Shown in pieces: positions 26,804 to 35,238 of a stretch of 37,373 nucleotides of DNA. The stretch is from Candidatus Aenigmatarchaeota archaeon (GTDB lineage Archaea; Aenigmatarchaeota; Aenigmatarchaeia; JACPZZ01): assembly GCA_043801595.1 (NCBI GenBank), contig JAZDLW010000017.1, positions 1 to 37,373 on the forward strand. The letters run 5' to 3'. The notes beneath the pieces are model-generated. The model was not told the DNA's origin. It did no database searches and saw only the letters and a program-made list of their open reading frames with translations. Each line of letters starts with the position of its first letter. The first letter of the stretch is position 1. A program made the position numbers and the translations under genes.

Positions 26804-27883
26804 ATGGCGACGGACGCAATTAAAAAACTTGAAAACATGGGAAAGAAACTTGTAAAGGACATAGAGGAGGAAAAAAATCCCTCCATGAGCATACCGCTGC
26901 GAACGCTGTCGAACGTAATCTTCGACAGACAGAACAAGACCCTAAGAATAGGGGACAAGACGTTCGTCAGGTCATTCTTCAATGTCGCGCACGCGAGAAA
27001 ATTCCTGCAAACGATCGAGGTCGCCTCGATAAGCAAAGACCTTCTGACAAACGAAAAACATGCCTCACTAAGGGATGTGTTTTACATGGCAAAACGCACC
27101 ATACCGAATACGAAAATAAACGTTGTGGATGAGCAGCAAGAATCCGATTCTGCTATTGAAGACCGGGAAATGATCACGGAATCGTGGCGCGAACAATTAA
27201 ATATCAACGCCAACAAACTCGGCGCTGTCGCAGGCAACGTAATCGTAGAGGATGCCGGAGATTTGATAGACTGGTCAAAACTCGGCTCAGGTGGCTGGTC
27301 GATACCGTCCAATGTGGAGAATTTAAAATTTAAAAAAGTCGATGCAAAATACGTAATCTACATGGAAAAGGCGGCTGTGTGGGAACGATTAAACGAAGAC
27401 AAAGTCTGGAAAAAACTCAATTGCATCATAATATCCTCGCAAGGACAGGCTACCAGAGGAATAAGAAGAATGCTGCAGATACTTTCAACTGAATACAAAT
27501 TACCGATCTATGTGCTGACCGATTTCGACCCGTGGGGAATATACATATATTCCGTGTTAAAGTTCGGCTCGATAAATCTGGCGCACATATCAGACCGTTT
27601 GTCCGTGCCAAACGCGAGATTTTTGGGAATAACCGCGGATGATATAGAAAAATACGAGCTGAAAAAGCATTTCATAAGTTTCAAGGATGTGGATTTTTCA
27701 AGATTGGAACAGATGAGCGCTTACGACTGGTTCAAGAACAACAAGGACTGGCAAAGACAGTTTAAGATGATGAAGGATTGGAAAGCGAAGGCTGAAATAC
27801 AGGCTTTGTCTGCCAGAGGCATATCTTTCATTTCGGACAAATACATACCCGAAAAGATAAAGAACCAGGAATGGCTGGATTAA
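26804..27883 (+). CDS. top6A: DNA topoisomerase VI subunit A
   Basis: SLRDVFY (catalytic Tyr), EQQESD, MEKAAVW.RL, GQATRG.R, TDFDPWG..IY, KAEIQAL. Confidence 0.97.
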   Translation: MATDAIKKLENMGKKLVKDIEEEKNPSMSIPLRTLSNVIFDRQNKTLRIGDKTFVRSFFNVAHARKFLQTIEVASISKDLLTNEKHASLRDVFYMAKRTIPNTKINVVDEQQESDSAIEDREMITESWREQLNINANKLGAVAGNVIVEDAGDLIDWSKLGSGGWSIPSNVENLKFKKVDAKYVIYMEKAAVWERLNEDKVWKKLNCIIISSQGQATRGIRRMLQILSTEYKLPIYVLTDFDPWGIYIYSVLKFGSINLAHISDRLSVPNARFLGITADDIEKYELKKHFISFKDVDFSRLEQMSAYDWFKNNKDWQRQFKMMKDWKAKAEIQALSARGISFISDKYIPEKIKNQEWLD

Positions 27884-27933
27884 AAAGATTAATTGCGCTG
27901 CTGTTGATATCGAAATCTGCAACGGGAACGCTC

Positions 27934-28437
27934 TCATAATTTACTGATCAATACGATGAATATCGGTACAACAAAAATAACCACTGCTATCACCACTGCC
28001 ATCATGTAAATCGGATTTGGCTCCGGTTCGCTGCTGTTCTGGCTAACGGAAAAGTCAAATGTTACATTTCCAGAATTGTCCGCCTTCACGACAACAAAAT
28101 TAATTTGATAATTTCCACTCTCCGGAAATTCGTACCTGAAAAATGCGACAGTGTCCTTCTTGGCTTCGAATGACGTAGCAGGAAAAAGCGGATATCCGGG
28201 TTTTGATATCCTTGCGTGCAGTTCGTCCGGTATAATGATGCTTCCGGTTGCCGCGTCCTTAACCACCATTGTCATCGTTACTTTGTCAGATGACACTGGC
28301 GTTGCACTGGGCACGCCCAACTCGAACAAAAACCCACCCGATTCCTTTGACATCAATATCCCGTCTGCCGATGAGCTTCCGGCTGTCATCAGAAATAAAA
28401 TAACGGCAAAGATAAACGCAATCTTTGCTGACGCCAT
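27934..28437 (-). CDS. Secreted protein with a beta-sandwich domain and C-terminal TM anchor
   Basis: Signal peptide, YEFPESGNYQINF, PEPNP linker, C-terminal hydrophobic helix. Confidence 0.72.
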   Translation of the reverse strand: MASAKIAFIFAVILFLMTAGSSSADGILMSKESGGFLFELGVPSATPVSSDKVTMTMVVKDAATGSIIIPDELHARISKPGYPLFPATSFEAKKDTVAFFRYEFPESGNYQINFVVVKADNSGNVTFDFSVSQNSSEPEPNPIYMMAVVIAVVIFVVPIFIVLISKL

Positions 28438-28562
28438 GAATTAAGGACTGTTTTTTGCTATTAAACTCCGTGTGTCCTGCAGAACCTATTTAACCTTATA
28501 CCGAACAAACTAATTTTGCAGAAGAAGCATAGCGCATATCTCCTATGCACGCTTATTTGCTT

Positions 28563-28635
28563 GCCCCGGTAGCTCAGTAGGTAGAGCGCGTGGCTGTTAA
28601 CCACGAGGTCGGTTGTTCGAGTCAACCCTGGGGCG
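28563..28635 (+). tRNA. tRNA-Asn(GTT)
   Basis: GCCCCGG/CTGGGGC-G; CGTGG-CT-GTT-AA-CCACG; GGTTG-TTCGAGT-CAACC. Confidence 0.97.
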
Positions 28636-28664
28636 CTTTTATCCTTTTCTAGACATCTTTTGTC

Positions 28665-29210
28665 ATGCCGATAGAAACCAACTGGTACGTGATCACCGGG
28701 GGTCCATCATCGGGAAAAACGAAGACGTTGGAACATCTGGGTTTTCTGGGTTATCGCTTTGTGCCGGAGGCGGCGCGCGTGCTGATAGATGCAGAACGAA
28801 GCAAAGGAAGGTACGTATCCGAGATACGGGCGGACGAATCGGAGTTTCAGAGAAGGGTGCTGCAAATGAAGATTGATGTCGAGGACAGGACGCCGGAAGA
28901 CCAGATGACATTCTTTGAAAGGGGCATACCCGATACGATCGCTTATTGCAGGGCACTCGGATTCGATGCGGATTGTGCCGCCGCTGTTTCTGCTAAACGA
29001 AGATACATTGGGGTGTTCCTATTTGACCGGCTAGTGTTCAGGCGCGATTATGCGAGGACCGAAAACAGGAAATTCTCCAACAAACTAGAGTTATTTTTAT
29101 ACGACGTGTACACGGAACTGGGCTACGATGTCGTGCACGTGCCGGCGATGCCGATAGACGAAAGGGCGGAATTTATCCTGAACAAAATAAATATGTACAG
29201 AAAGGTGTGA
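28665..29210 (+). CDS. NadR/Ttd14-like P-loop ATPase/kinase (AAA_28)
   Basis: YVITGGPSSGKT, VPEAAR, FFERGIPD..AY, DYARTE, Y..LGY.V..VP......RA.FI. Confidence 0.9.
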   Translation: MPIETNWYVITGGPSSGKTKTLEHLGFLGYRFVPEAARVLIDAERSKGRYVSEIRADESEFQRRVLQMKIDVEDRTPEDQMTFFERGIPDTIAYCRALGFDADCAAAVSAKRRYIGVFLFDRLVFRRDYARTENRKFSNKLELFLYDVYTELGYDVVHVPAMPIDERAEFILNKINMYRKV

Positions 29211-29213
29211 GCC

Positions 29214-29804
29214 ATACAGCATTATACGAAATTCGGGACAGTTTTTTTGGGAGGCGCGGCCATAGATAAGCGTTTTTTTGAACTTCTCGGATGGTGCAAA
29301 AAATTCCAGAACGCTGGATTGATTCCGGACCCGAAAATAAAAAAGGGCGGAAATCTCAGTTTTCGCGATGGCGACGGGTTTGTCATAACGCCGAGCGCAA
29401 AGCCGTTTGTTTCGCTCTTGGCTGAGGATCTTGTAAAAGTTGAAAAACCAGATTATGAAAAAAACATTGTTTATGCACGAGGAAGGCTGTTTCCAGCTTC
29501 GGAGACGTTCATACATGCAATGATTTACGAAAACTATCCGGTAGTCAATGCCGTATTTCACGGCGAGTGCGAACTGATAACAAAGAACGCGGAAAAACTG
29601 GGTCTTGCCGTTACGGAACAATTTCATCAATACGGCACATTGGATTTGGCAAAAGAAACGCTGAAATCGTTTTTTTCAAATCCGAATGCACAATGTATCG
29701 TAATGCGCGACCACGGCGAGGTTTATGTTGGAAAGGATATGCAGGATGCCGGAGAAACGGCTTTGCACATTCTGGAAATGGCAAAACGCAACGCAGGCGA
29801 ATGA
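29214..29804 (+). CDS. Class II aldolase/adducin family protein
   Basis: GGNLSFR....FVITPS, PASETFIH..IY......AVFHGE, YGTLDLA, MRDHG. Start is ATA 29214 (SD-supported) or TTG 29247. Confidence 0.85.
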   Translation: MQHYTKFGTVFLGGAAIDKRFFELLGWCKKFQNAGLIPDPKIKKGGNLSFRDGDGFVITPSAKPFVSLLAEDLVKVEKPDYEKNIVYARGRLFPASETFIHAMIYENYPVVNAVFHGECELITKNAEKLGLAVTEQFHQYGTLDLAKETLKSFFSNPNAQCIVMRDHGEVYVGKDMQDAGETALHILEMAKRNAGE

Positions 29805-29852
29805 CAGAATTAACGGATTTAAAGCGACTGCTGTATAATTCTTTTGATCGTT

Positions 29853-31118
29853 ATGGAAAAACCTCACATTAACGTCGTGTTCGTCGGGCACGTAGACCAT
29901 GGAAAATCCACGTTAGTGGGGCGAATATTATACGACTCGGGAAAAATCCGCGAAGACGAGCTGAACAAATTAAAGGCGATTGCGAAAGAGGTCGGAAAGG
30001 AAACTTTCGAATTTGCATTCGTGATGGACGTCAGCAAGGAAGAACGCGAACGCGGCGTAACGATCGACATAAACTGGAAAGAGATAGAAACGCCGAGAAA
30101 CAAGATAACGATCATCGATGCGCCGGGCCATCGCGATTTCATAAAGAATATGATAACCGGCGCAAGCGATGCGGATGCGGCGGTTCTCGTAGTCGATGCG
30201 GATGCAGGAATGCAACAGCAGACGAAAGAACATTTATTTTTGATAAGAACGCTTGGGATAGACCAATTGGTTGTTGCCGTGAATAAAATGGACAAGGTCG
30301 GCTACGCGAAAGCGAAATTCGACGACACAAAGAACCAGATTGAAAAACTCGCGAAGCTTGTCGGTTATATGAACATCATATTTGTGCCTGTTTCCGCGTA
30401 CATGGGTGACAACGTTGTGAAAAAATCGCAGAACTTGCAATGGTACAACGGACCCACATTATTCGAAATTATTGACAAATTGAAAGAGCCGGAGAAGCCG
30501 CTGGACAAGCCGTTGCGGATGCCTGTTGACAAAGTTTACAGCATAAAAGGAATCGGGACTGTTCCGATAGGAAGGATTGAAACGGGCATTATAAGCATCG
30601 GTGATATTGTTGTCTTTGAGCCGTCTGGCTCAAAAGGCGAGGTCAAGTCAATAGAAATGCACCACAAACAAATGACCGAAGCGCGATCAGGCGATAATAT
30701 AGGATTCAACGTAAAGGGTCCTGACAGCAAGCAGATAAAAAGGGGTGATGTTGTTGGAACTCCAAACAAGCCGCCGTCTGTCGTAACGCACAAGGGATGG
30801 ATAGAAGCCAAAATCGTTGTTCTTGACCATCCGAACGGCTTGGCGATCGGGCATGTCCCGTCAATGTTCGTACATACAGCCGATGTTCCTGTGCAGGTCA
30901 TGGAAATTCTAAGCAAAATAGACCCTGCGACAGGACAGGAGACTGAGAAGAATCCGAAGATTATAAAAGCGGGCGAGGCCGCTCTGGTGAGATTAAAACC
31001 GATGGCGCCTGTTGTTATTGAAAAATCATCGGAAATACCTCAGCTTTCCAGGTTCGCGCTGCGCGAAGGCGGGATGACAATCGCAGCGGGCGTATGCATA
31101 GAAATTAATAAAGGTTAG
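29853..31118 (+). CDS. tuf: Elongation factor 1-alpha
   Basis: KPHINVVFVGHVDHGKST, EERERGVTID, DAPGHRDFIKNMITGAS, NKMD, GTVPIGRIETG, VKSIEMHH, RFALRE.G.TIAAG. Confidence 0.96.
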   Translation: MEKPHINVVFVGHVDHGKSTLVGRILYDSGKIREDELNKLKAIAKEVGKETFEFAFVMDVSKEERERGVTIDINWKEIETPRNKITIIDAPGHRDFIKNMITGASDADAAVLVVDADAGMQQQTKEHLFLIRTLGIDQLVVAVNKMDKVGYAKAKFDDTKNQIEKLAKLVGYMNIIFVPVSAYMGDNVVKKSQNLQWYNGPTLFEIIDKLKEPEKPLDKPLRMPVDKVYSIKGIGTVPIGRIETGIISIGDIVVFEPSGSKGEVKSIEMHHKQMTEARSGDNIGFNVKGPDSKQIKRGDVVGTPNKPPSVVTHKGWIEAKIVVLDHPNGLAIGHVPSMFVHTADVPVQVMEILSKIDPATGQETEKNPKIIKAGEAALVRLKPMAPVVIEKSSEIPQLSRFALREGGMTIAAGVCIEINKG

Positions 31119-31124
31119 TTACTA

Positions 31125-31155
31125 GAAACAGATGCTATAGGCATGCATCTGTTTC
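31125..31155. repeat. 11-bp hairpin between tuf and tRNA-Phe
   Basis: GAAACAGATGC-N9-GCATCTGTTTC. Confidence 0.65.
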
Positions 31156-31166
31156 GGTCTACACAC

Positions 31167-31240
31167 GGGTTCGTAACTCAATCCGGGAGAGTACACGGCT
31201 GAAGCCCGTGCTGTTGGGGGTTCAAATCCCTCCGAACCCA
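31167..31240 (+). tRNA. tRNA-Phe(GAA)
   Basis: GGGTTCG/CGAACCC-A; CACGG-CT-GAA-GC-CCGTG; GGGGG-TTCAAAT-CCCTC; T-run downstream. Confidence 0.96.
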
Positions 31241-31242
31241 TT

Positions 31243-31878
31243 TTATTTGCAATCAATTACTGTACTGATTTTTTTGTAATTTTTCGCCACCATAGTGACG
31301 TTATGCTTGCCCTGCGCGCACGAAGATCCGCAGTTGTACATATCAAGAATATTCATAGTGTTTCTCGAGCTGGAAACTTTGCCGAACAGGCTGGATGATA
31401 TATTAATCCCGTCAACATCAACCGACGAAAACAGGTCGGAAGAAAGAGGAACGCCGCCATCGTTAAACACGATAACGGTCAATGCAGACACATTGTCCAT
31501 CTTTGCGCAGAAGCTGAAACCGGCTGGTATTCTGACACTAATCGGAGCGCAATCGACCGATTCTGAAAAATGGCTGGTGTGCATAATTCCGATGCAGCCG
31601 TCATCCTTGATAATTCCGTAGCAAAGGGTCTGGTCGGCACATACCTGATTGTTGTTGTATTGCACGCCACCGGTGCCTAAGTAAACCAGTATAACGACAA
31701 GCAGCGCTGTTGCGTATGCGTATACCCGACCGGACGATGAATTCGCTGGAAGGAACAATATTACTGATGCAATTGTTCCTATAGAAGATAATAAAACACC
31801 GACTATATCCTGTGATAAAATCCTTGCCAGCAAAGCGAAAAGACCTGCAATTATTGCCAGAAACGGCAACAAACGCAT
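31243..31878 (-). CDS. Multi-TM protein with a C-terminal pilin-head-like domain
   Basis: About 3 N-terminal TM helices and a Cys-rich linker; the C-terminal ~100 aa aligns by eye with the pilin head of 13409. Confidence 0.75.
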   Translation of the reverse strand: MRLLPFLAIIAGLFALLARILSQDIVGVLLSSIGTIASVILFLPANSSSGRVYAYATALLVVILVYLGTGGVQYNNNQVCADQTLCYGIIKDDGCIGIMHTSHFSESVDCAPISVRIPAGFSFCAKMDNVSALTVIVFNDGGVPLSSDLFSSVDVDGINISSSLFGKVSSSRNTMNILDMYNCGSSCAQGKHNVTMVAKNYKKISTVIDCK

Positions 31879-31961
31879 ATCTAACTATCGTGTAACGGAC
31901 GATATAAACGCCGACAGCCTATTTATTACGATAGTTTTTGAATATTCAATGAAGGATTTTT

Positions 31962-32567
31962 ATGGTCAAAGAAAAAAGGATTGAAGAAAACGAATACGTT
32001 GAAGACAAAAATTTTGCCGAGCTCGGCAAGGCGGAACCGCTTAAAGGCGAGCTTGTAGAGAACAGAATAATCGTTTTTTCGCATCCGATGGTGAACGAGT
32101 TTTTCGAGCACGGCTACGGAAAAATCGTGGAGAACCGCCTTGAACTTGCATTTGTTGAAGCACTCTACCTTGTTGACAAGAATAAACTCGCTGTTGCGCA
32201 CAAAGGCAGGAAGCTCGGCTTTGAAGATTTGATAAAGGCCGGCTTGGAAATAGACAAAGAGCTTCATACAACGTACACCGTTTACAAGGACCTTCGCGAA
32301 CGCGGGTTGACTGTTAAAACCGGCTATAAATTCGGATGTCATTTTCGCGTTTACGAACGAGGCGTAAAAATAAAACGCGGGCCCAAGGAAGCGCACGAAC
32401 ATACGAAATGGATCGCCCACGCTGTTGCAGAAGATTATACCTGCTCTTTTCCGGAATTGTCGCGAGCTGTGCGATTGGCGCATAACATCAGGGCAAAAAT
32501 GCTCTGGGCGATTGTCGACCAGGAAAACGACGTGACATACTATCAGATATTAAGGATACGACCCTAA
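31962..32567 (+). CDS. endA: tRNA-splicing endonuclease, catalytic unit
   Basis: L..VEALYL, VYKDLRERG..VKTGYKFG..FRVY (Tyr), EH (His), RLAHNIRAK (Lys), AIVD...DVTYY. Confidence 0.96.
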   Translation: MVKEKRIEENEYVEDKNFAELGKAEPLKGELVENRIIVFSHPMVNEFFEHGYGKIVENRLELAFVEALYLVDKNKLAVAHKGRKLGFEDLIKAGLEIDKELHTTYTVYKDLRERGLTVKTGYKFGCHFRVYERGVKIKRGPKEAHEHTKWIAHAVAEDYTCSFPELSRAVRLAHNIRAKMLWAIVDQENDVTYYQILRIRP

Positions 32568-32579
32568 GTTGGTGGATCT

Positions 32580-33707
32580 ATGAAAGTAAGAGATATCATG
32601 ACAACAGAACCGATTACCATAAGCTTTGATGCGTTTGCGTCGGAAGCGATAAGCTTGATAAAAGAAAACCGTGTGCACGAATTGATCGTTTTGCGGAACA
32701 ACAAGCTGGTCGGAATGGTAAGCCCGAAATCGCTGATAGGACGCTCTGTCAAATCGAACGAAAGAATTTCAAACCTTATGTTTGTTTCGCCCGTATTGAA
32801 CCCAGACGACGAGATTAACGATATTATAGAAACATTCGTGCTTTCCGGCTGCAGGGACATCCCGGTTGTTGAAAACGAGAAACTGGTCGGCGTTGTTTCC
32901 GAGATTGATATTGCCACTACAATAAAAAGCGGAAAACTTGCGAAAGACGTGATGAGACCCGTAAAACACACGCTGAAGCTTGACGACCACGCCGCCGTTG
33001 CCAGGGAAGAAATAATAAAACACAAAATAAACAGGTTGCCGGTGGTCGGCAAAGAGGGAAAGCTAAAGGGAATGATTTCCACTGTGGATCTTTTGGATCT
33101 GATTACTCCGGTAAAAGGACAGAGAAAGGGCGACGCTTCCGGACAACGATTATCTGATGTAAAGGTCGACAGCCTGATGGAAAACAAGATTTTCGCTGTA
33201 AAACCGGACGATAAGATATCGGATGTGCTTAAAATCATAGAGGAATACAAGGTATCGTCCGTTATTGTCGTCGAAGACGGTCGGCCTGTCGGAATAATAA
33301 CCCCGAAGAATATACTCGGGCTGATGGTTCCGCCAAAAACTGATTCCACGAATCTCGTAGTTATGGGCCTCTCCAACGAAGCCGAGAAGTTTGTCGCGGA
33401 AAATACGGCAAGAAGATCTCTGGAAAGAATGGCTAGGATTTCGAATATCATATCGGCCGTGCTTGACTTTAAAGAGCACACGAAAATAGAAGGCGGGGAA
33501 CGTGCAAGCCACGAACTTAATGCGCGCGTCAAATGCTCGGACGGCGATTTCTTCGCAACATCCGCAGGGTGGGACATAAAAAAAGCCACAAAGGACGTGT
33601 TGGAAAGGCTTGAAACCGAACTGAAAAAGAAAATGGAAAAAAAAGGAGTGAAGCCGCGTGCGCACAACAAACAGTTTAACTCGCGCTTATCATCGCGTTT
33701 AATCTAA
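32580..33707 (+). CDS. Four-CBS-domain protein with C-terminal HPF-like domain (ribosome hibernation factor candidate)
   Basis: Four CBS motifs (VRDIMT, IPVVE..KLVGVVS..D, LPVV...GKL.GMIS..D, VIVVE.G.PVGIIT) plus a ~110-aa tail with HELNARV.....F.A...GWD..KA...VL..LE..L. Confidence 0.8.
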   Translation: MKVRDIMTTEPITISFDAFASEAISLIKENRVHELIVLRNNKLVGMVSPKSLIGRSVKSNERISNLMFVSPVLNPDDEINDIIETFVLSGCRDIPVVENEKLVGVVSEIDIATTIKSGKLAKDVMRPVKHTLKLDDHAAVAREEIIKHKINRLPVVGKEGKLKGMISTVDLLDLITPVKGQRKGDASGQRLSDVKVDSLMENKIFAVKPDDKISDVLKIIEEYKVSSVIVVEDGRPVGIITPKNILGLMVPPKTDSTNLVVMGLSNEAEKFVAENTARRSLERMARISNIISAVLDFKEHTKIEGGERASHELNARVKCSDGDFFATSAGWDIKKATKDVLERLETELKKKMEKKGVKPRAHNKQFNSRLSSRLI

Positions 33708-35142
33708 ATGAAAGGTTCTCTATCTTGCATCTCTCCTGTTTTGTCGTGTTTCTTTCCCGTATTGTTACGGAATTATCGTTTAACGAATCGTAATCTATTG
33801 TTACGCAGAACGGCACGCCTATTTCGTCGGCGCGCGCGTATCTCTTGCCTATCGAATCCTTTGATTCGATGTCAACGCTTAATCCGGCTGACCTCAATTT
33901 ATCCGCCACTTCCGACGCTTTTCCAGGAAGACCGTCCTTGTTAACCAGCGGAAATACCGCAGCATCATAAGGCGTGACTGATGATGGCAATGAAAGATAA
34001 ACGCGCTCATCGTCTTTCCTGTACGAAGCTTCCATCATGCAATAGAACAGCCGATCAACGCCCATCGAGATCTCCCATATGTGCGGAATGATCTTTTCGT
34101 TAGTTTCCGGATCCACGATCGTCACGTCCTTACCGGATATTTTTCCATGTGCGGCCATATCAAAATCGGAGCGGTTGTTGTTTGCAACGATCTCCACCCA
34201 GCCGAGCGATGTCTTCACTTCGGTATCCCAAGACTCCTTCGCATAAAACGCGCGCTCCTCGTTGCCAAGCTGGCGGTTTCTTGTTTTTCCCGCTGGTATT
34301 CCGCACTTGTTGAAGAACTCCGACATAACCGCAAGATAATACGCGGCAAACCTGGTCATGAGTTTTTTTTCGACCGCTTCGCTGGCAGTCATCGCCGTGA
34401 AATCCTTTTTATCGCCGACTGTTTTCAGGTTGAGCGTTACGTTTTTAACATTTTCAAAGTCCTGTATGTCTGCCTTGTTCGGATTGAAAAACACTTCTGC
34501 CTCGGCCTGTGTGAATTCGCGCGCGCGGATAACGGCGTTGCGCGGAGAAATCTCGTTCCTGAACGACTTACCGGCCTGCGCTATTCCCAACGGAAGTTTG
34601 CGCTTCATGACTTTTATCAGGCGTGGAAAGTCGACGAAAATCGACTGACACGTCTCTGGTCGAAGGTAGGCGTCCTGCGGTTTCGAGGCGCCCACGCTGA
34701 GTTTAAACATCATATTAAACTTTTTCGTTTTGCCGAGCACGCCTTTGCAGTTCTGGCAGGCTATCTTATTCTTTGCAATGATATCGTCAAATTTTTCGGA
34801 CGCCATCGCTTCGGGAACCGATTCTCCTGTTTTTTCCCCGATAAGCTTGTCCGCCCGGAAAATCGCACCGCATTTTTCGCATTCCACAAGCGGGTCGACG
34901 AAACTGCTGAGATGGCCGGATGCGCGAAAAACGTCCGAAGCCATGCATATTGATCCGTCTATTTCAATCATGCTTGTTTTTTCAACAACCTCTTTTCTCC
35001 ACAGGGACACCAGTTTTCTTTTGATCGCCGCCCCATAAGGGCCGTACTCCCAGAATCCGGACGGGTAGTTATCATAGATTTCCGAAGACGGAAATAAAAT
35101 ACCCCGCCTTGAAAACAGGTTCATCATTGTTTCGAAGTTCAT
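33676..35142 (-). CDS. glyS: Glycine--tRNA ligase (alpha2 type)
   Basis: ASGHL..F.DP, YLRPETCQSIF, AQAGKSFRNEISPR...R.REF.QAE, SIGKRYARADEIG.PF..TID. Confidence 0.97.
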   Translation of the reverse strand: MNFETMMNLFSRRGILFPSSEIYDNYPSGFWEYGPYGAAIKRKLVSLWRKEVVEKTSMIEIDGSICMASDVFRASGHLSSFVDPLVECEKCGAIFRADKLIGEKTGESVPEAMASEKFDDIIAKNKIACQNCKGVLGKTKKFNMMFKLSVGASKPQDAYLRPETCQSIFVDFPRLIKVMKRKLPLGIAQAGKSFRNEISPRNAVIRAREFTQAEAEVFFNPNKADIQDFENVKNVTLNLKTVGDKKDFTAMTASEAVEKKLMTRFAAYYLAVMSEFFNKCGIPAGKTRNRQLGNEERAFYAKESWDTEVKTSLGWVEIVANNNRSDFDMAAHGKISGKDVTIVDPETNEKIIPHIWEISMGVDRLFYCMMEASYRKDDERVYLSLPSSVTPYDAAVFPLVNKDGLPGKASEVADKLRSAGLSVDIESKDSIGKRYARADEIGVPFCVTIDYDSLNDNSVTIRERNTTKQERCKIENLSFRLNAMISAS

Positions 35143-35238
35143 TTTATCACTGATATTTATTATGATAGAGCAAGGTTTAAATGATAAGCATTCAATGTTA
35201 AACTATATAATCTGTTTGTGGTCGATAAGAGAGATGCT

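Noticed and set aside
27160..27190. Odd Top6A residues (EDREM, SWRE where Leu is expected)
   Set aside because: Each is one T-to-G change from Leu and the catalytic motifs are intact. It could be drift or a consensus error and is not interpretable without reads.
29208..29210. Selenocysteine at the in-frame TGA, with tuf as SelB
   Set aside because: The TGA lies in an interdomain position, no SECIS was recognised, and the GTPase has EF-1alpha motifs with no SelB C-terminal domain.
32564..34953. Long antisense ORFs (32564-33670 and 34081-34953; likewise 11854-12441 and 24283-25017)
   Set aside because: They lie opposite well-supported genes and carry no recognisable motifs.
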